This document shows positions 59,500 through 64,000 of a stretch of 64,000 nucleotides of DNA, one piece after another. This DNA is from Auanema rhodensis (Eukaryota > Animalia > Nematoda). Under the pieces are notes generated by a model. The model did not search any database and had not been told where the DNA came from. It saw only the letters and a list, made by a program, of their open reading frames with translations. The position numbers and the translations under genes were made by a program. The DNA lies in the NCBI GenBank assembly GCA_964057225.1, contig OZ059895.1, positions 22,196,001 to 22,260,000 on the forward strand. Reading direction: 5' to 3'. Within the stretch, counting starts at the first letter, position 1; each line of letters begins with the position of its first letter.

Positions 59500-62400
59500 A
59501 AATTTACGTGAACTTTAATTTATGCTTATTAAGTGTACACGTGATGTGCACTTGGTATGTAACTCGCTTCACGTGAAAGATGAAGAGATGCGCTTTTCGA
59601 AAATAGATTCCCCATGTCCATATTAGTCTAAAAACACATTTTTGTTGATATTGGTGGATGGTAACCATGACATTGAAATTTACGTGAACTTCAATTTATG
59701 CTAATTAAGTGTACACATGATGTGCACTTGGTATGTAACTCGCTTCAAGTCAAAGATAAAGAGATGCGGTTTTCAAAATTAGATTCCCTATGTCCATATT
59801 AGTCTAAAAACAAATTTTTATTAATATTGGTGAATGGTAACCATGACTTTGAAATTTACGTGAACTTTAATTTATGCTAATTAAGTGTACACATGATGTG
59901 CACTTGGTATGTAACACGCTTTACGTCAAAGATAAAGAGATGCGGTTTTCAAAATTAGATTCCCCATGTCCATATTAGTCTAAAAACAAATTTTTATTAA
60001 TATTGGTGCATGGTAACCATGACTTTGAAATTTACGTGAACTTTAATTTATGCTAATTAAGTGTACACATGATGTGCGCTTGGTATGTAACTCGCTTCAC
60101 GTTAAAGATAAAGAGATGCGGTTTTCAAAATTAGATTCCCCATGTCCATATTAGTCTAAAAACAAATTTTTATTAATATTGGTGCATGGTAACCATGACT
60201 TTGAAATTTACGTGAACTTTAATTTATGCTAATTAAGTGTACACATGATGTGCACTTGGTATGTAACTCGCTTCACGTCAAAGATAAAGAGATGCGGTTT
60301 TCAAAATTAGATTCCCCATGTCCATATTAGTCTAAAAACAAATTTTTATTAATATTGGTGCATGGTAACCATGACTTTGAAATTTACGTGAACTTTAATT
60401 TATGCTAATTAAGTGTACACATGATGTGCACTTGGTATGTAACTCGCTTCACGTGAAAGATGAAGAGATGCGGTTTTCAAAATTAGATTCCTCATGTCCA
60501 TATTAGTCTAAAAACGAATTTTTATCGATATTGGTGCATGGTAACCATGACTTTGAAATTTACGTGAACTTTAATTTATGCTAATTAAGTGTACACATGA
60601 TGTGCATTTGGTATGTAACTCGCTTCACGTGAAAGATGAAGAGATGCGGTTTTCAAAATTAGATTCCCCATTTCCATATTAGTCTAAAAACAAATTTTTA
60701 TTGATATTGGTGCATGGTAACCATGACTTTGAAATTTACGTGAACTTTAATTTATGCTTATTAAGTGTACACGTGATGTGCACTTGGTATGTAACTCGCT
60801 TCACGTGAAAGATGAAGAGATGCGCTTTTCGAAATTAGATTCCCCATGTCCATATTAGTCTAAAAACACATTTTTGTTGATATAGGTGGATGGTAACCAT
60901 GACTTTGAAATTTACGTGAACTTTAATTTATGCTAATTAAGTGTACACATGATGTGCACTTGGTATGTTACTCGCTTCACGTGAAAGATAAAGAGATGCG
61001 GTTTTCAAAATAGATTCCCCATTTCCATATTAGTCTAAAAACAAATTTTTATTGATATTGGTGCATGGCAACCATGACTTTAAAATTTACGTGAACTTAA
61101 ATTTATGCTAATTAAGTGTACACATGATGTGCACTTGGTATGTAACTCGCTTCACGTCAAAGATAAAGAGATGCGGTTTTCAAAATTAGATTCCCCATTT
61201 CCATGTTAGTCTAAAAACAAATTTTTATTGATATTGGTGCATGGCAACCATGACTTTAAAATTTACGTGAACTTAAATTTATGCTAATTAAGTGTACACA
61301 TGATGTGCACTTGGTATGTAACTCGCTTCACGTCAAAGATAAAGAGATGCGGTTTTCAAACTTAGATTCCCCATGTCCATATCAGTCTAAAAACAAATTT
61401 TTATTAATATTGGTGCATGGTAACCATGACTTTGAAATTTACGTGAACTTTAATTTATGCTTATTAAGTGTACACGTGATGTGCACTTGGTATGTAACTC
61501 GCTTCACGTGAAAGATAAAGAGATGCGGTTTTCAAAATTAGATTCCCCATTTCCATGTTAGTCTAAAAACAAATTTTTATTGATATTGGTGCATGGTAAC
61601 CATGACTTTGAAATTTACGTGAACTTTAATTTATGCTAATTAAATGTACACGTGATGTGCACTTGGTATGTAACTCGCTTCACGTGAAAGATGAAGAGAT
61701 GCGGTTTTCAAAATTAGATTCCCCATGTCCATATTAGTCTAAAAACAAATTTTTATTAATATTGGTGCATGGTAACCATGACTTTGAAATTTACGTGAAC
61801 TTTAATTTATGCTAATTAAGTGTACACATGATATGCACTTGGTATGTAACTCGCTTCACGTGAAAGATAAAGAGATGCGGTTTTCAAAATAGATTCCCCA
61901 TTTCCATATTAGTCTAAAAACAAATTTTTATTGATCTTGGTGCATGGCAACCATGACTTTAAAATTTACGTGAACTTTAATTTATGCTAATTAAGTGTAC
62001 ACATGATGTGCCTTTGGTATGTAACTCGCTTCACGTCAAAGATAAAGAGATGCGGTTTTCAAAATTAGATTCCCCATGTCCATATTAGTCTAAAAACAAA
62101 TTTTTATTAATATTGGTGCATGGTAACCATGACTTTGAAATTTACGTGAACTTTAATTTATGCTAATTAAGTGTACACATGATGTGCGCTTGGTATGTAA
62201 CTCGCTTCACGTGAAAGATAAAGAGATGCGGTTTTCAAAATTAGATTCCCCATTTCCATGTTAGTCTAAAAACAAATTTTTATTGATATTGGTGCATGGC
62301 AACCATGACTTTAAAATTTACGTGAACTTAAATTTATGCTAATTAAGTGTACACATGATGTGCACTTGGTATGTCACTCGCTTCACGTCAAAGATAAAGA

Positions 62401-64000
62401 GATGCGGTTTTCAAAATTAGATTCCCCATTTCCATATTAGTCTAAAAACTAATTTTTATTGATATTGGTGCATGGCAACCATGACTTTAAAATTTACGTG
62501 AACTTTAATTTATGCTAATTAAGTGTACACATGATGTGCACTTGGTATGTAACACGCTTTACGTCAAAGATAAAGAGATGCGGTTTTCAAAATTAGATTC
62601 CCCATGTCCATATTAGTCTAAAAACAAATTTTTATTGATATTGGTGCATGGTAACCATGACTTTGAAATTTACGTGAACTTCAATTTATGCTAATTAAAT
62701 GTACACATGATGTGCGCTTGGTATGTAACTCGCTTCACGTTAAAGATAAAGAGATGCGGTTTTCAAAATTAGATTCCCCATTTCCATATTAGTCTAAAAA
62801 CAAATTTTTATTGATATTGGTGCATGGCAACCATGACTTTAAAATTTACGTGAACTTTAATTTATGCTAATTAAGTGTACACGTGATGTGCACTTGGTAT
62901 GTAACTCGCTTCACGTGAAAGATGAAGAGATGCGGTTTTCAAAATTAGATTCCCCATGTCCATATTAGTCTAAAAACAAATTTTTATTAATATTGGTGCA
63001 TGGTAACCATGACTTTGAAATTTACGTGAACTTTAATTTATGCTAATTAAGTGTACACATGATATGCACTTGGTATGTAACTCGCTTCACGTGAAAGATA
63101 AAGAGATGCGGTTTTCAAAATAGATTCCCCATTTCCATATTAGTCTAAAAACAAATTTTTATTGATATTGGTGCATGGCAACCATGACTTTAAAATTTAC
63201 GTGAACTTTAATTTATGCTAATTAAGTGTACACATGATGTGCACTTGGTATGTAACACGCTTTACGTCAAAGATAAAGAGATGCGGTTTTCAAAATTAGA
63301 TTCCCCATGTCCATATTAGTCTAAAAACAAATTTTTATTGATATTGGTGCATGGTAACCATGACTTTGAAATTTACGTGAACTTTAATTTATGCTAATTA
63401 AGTGTACACATGATGTGCGCTTGGTATGTAACTCGCTTCACGTTAAAGATAAAGAGATGCGGTTTTCAAAATTAGATTCCCCATTTCCATATTAGTCTAA
63501 AAACAAATTTTTATTGATATTGGTGCATGGCAACCATGACTTTAAAATTTACGTGAACTTTAATTTATGCTAATTAAGTGTACACATGATGTGCACTTGG
63601 TATGTAACTCGCTTCACGTCAAAGATAAAGAGATGCGGTTTTCAAAATTAGATTCCCCATGTCCATATTAGTCTAAAAACAAATTTTTATTAATATTGGT
63701 GCATGGTAACCATGACTTTGAAATTTACGTGAACTTTAATTTATGCTAATTAAGTGTACACATGATGTGCACTTGGTATGTAACTCGCTTCACGTGAAAG
63801 ATGAAGAGATGCGGTTTTCAAAAAAATTAGATTCCTCATGTCCATATTAGTCTAAAAACGATTTTTTATTGATATTGGTGCATGGTAACCATGACTTTGA
63901 AATTTACGTGAACTTTAATTTATGCTTATTAAGTGTACACGTGATGTGCTCTTGGTATGTAACTCGCTTCACGTGAAAGATAAAGGGATGCGGTTTTCAA
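59500..64000 (+). repeat. Satellite domain 5: heterogeneous units reusing variants typical of domains 1-3
   Basis: GCGCTTTTCG units at 59500 and 60732, ATCGAT at ~60524, 175-bp units at 60908, 61787 and 63018, and a TTTTC-A7 unit at 63721. Confidence 0.72.

Larger units (their letters stand above)
1..64000 (+). repeat. Tandem satellite DNA array, 176-bp monomer, ~363.6 copies, head-to-tail, probably (peri)centromeric; extends beyond both window edges
   Basis: The monomer start recurs at 1, 177, 353 ... 881, 2641, 5281, 10561, 15841 (exact multiples of 176) up to the first indel at ~18761. Phase is maintained to 63721 and 63900 after accounting for 22 x -1 bp and 11 x +3 bp indels. No non-repeat sequence was seen. 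The centromeric assignment is inference from unit size and organisation only. Confidence 0.99.

Noticed and set aside
59591-59610. Apparent deletion-type junction CGAAAATAGATT
   Set aside because: The unit length stays 176 bp, so this is a T>A substitution. It is not counted among the indels.
61281-61511. 76-aa ORF
   Set aside because: It is the same TAG>CAG unit, extended because the next unit has the common GCTTATT variant that removes a TAA. It is a chance product of two satellite variants.
18657-63899. Compensation between -1 and +3 indels to hold the mean period at 176
   Set aside because: The net is +11 bp over the window, and the counts simply reflect which blocks were duplicated. 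There is no evidence of balancing.
1-64000. CRISPR array, integron cassette array or other repeat-spacer system
   Set aside because: There are no unique spacers or cassettes. The entire unit is repeated and no associated genes are present.
1-64000. Assignment to Brassica CentBr (176 bp), Arabidopsis CEN178 or primate alpha satellite; CENP-B box
   Set aside because: Only the length is similar. I recognise no sequence similarity from memory and see no NTTCGNNNNANNCGGGN motif. A database search is needed.
1-64000. Tandem 5S rRNA, tRNA, snRNA or spliced-leader gene array; MITE array
   Set aside because: There is no recognisable RNA gene sequence, Pol III A/B/C boxes or cloverleaf. No terminal inverted repeats with target-site duplications were seen.

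Overview
The whole 64-kb window is one uninterrupted, head-to-tail, single-orientation tandem array of an AT-rich (~32% GC) 176-bp satellite monomer. I count 363 complete monomers (330 x 176 bp, 22 x 175 bp, 11 x 179 bp; these sum to 63,899 bp and match the observed phase) plus a 101-bp partial unit at the end. Consensus, phased from position 1: AAATTTACGTGAACTTTAATTTATGCTAATTAAGTGTACACATGATGTGCACTTGGTATGTAACTCGCTTCACGTGAAAGATAAAGAGATGCGGTTTTCAAAATTAGATTCCCCATGTCCATATTAGTCTAAAAACAAATTTTTATTGATATTGGTGCATGGTAACCATGACTTTG. I find no genes, RNA genes, transposon insertions, inversions or CRISPR arrays. The three listed ORFs are by-products of a single TAG>CAG variant. Unit size, homogeneity and organisation fit a eukaryotic (peri)centromeric satellite, but I cannot name the family or species. 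The real information lies in the variants. There are five variant-defined domains and nested, variable-length higher-order duplications with offsets of 3 to 60 monomers. All indels sit at one site in the monomer, the monomer is dense in dyads, many polymorphic sites toggle CpG, and there are traces of short- and long-range sequence exchange. All counts and offsets were read by eye and should be confirmed computationally.
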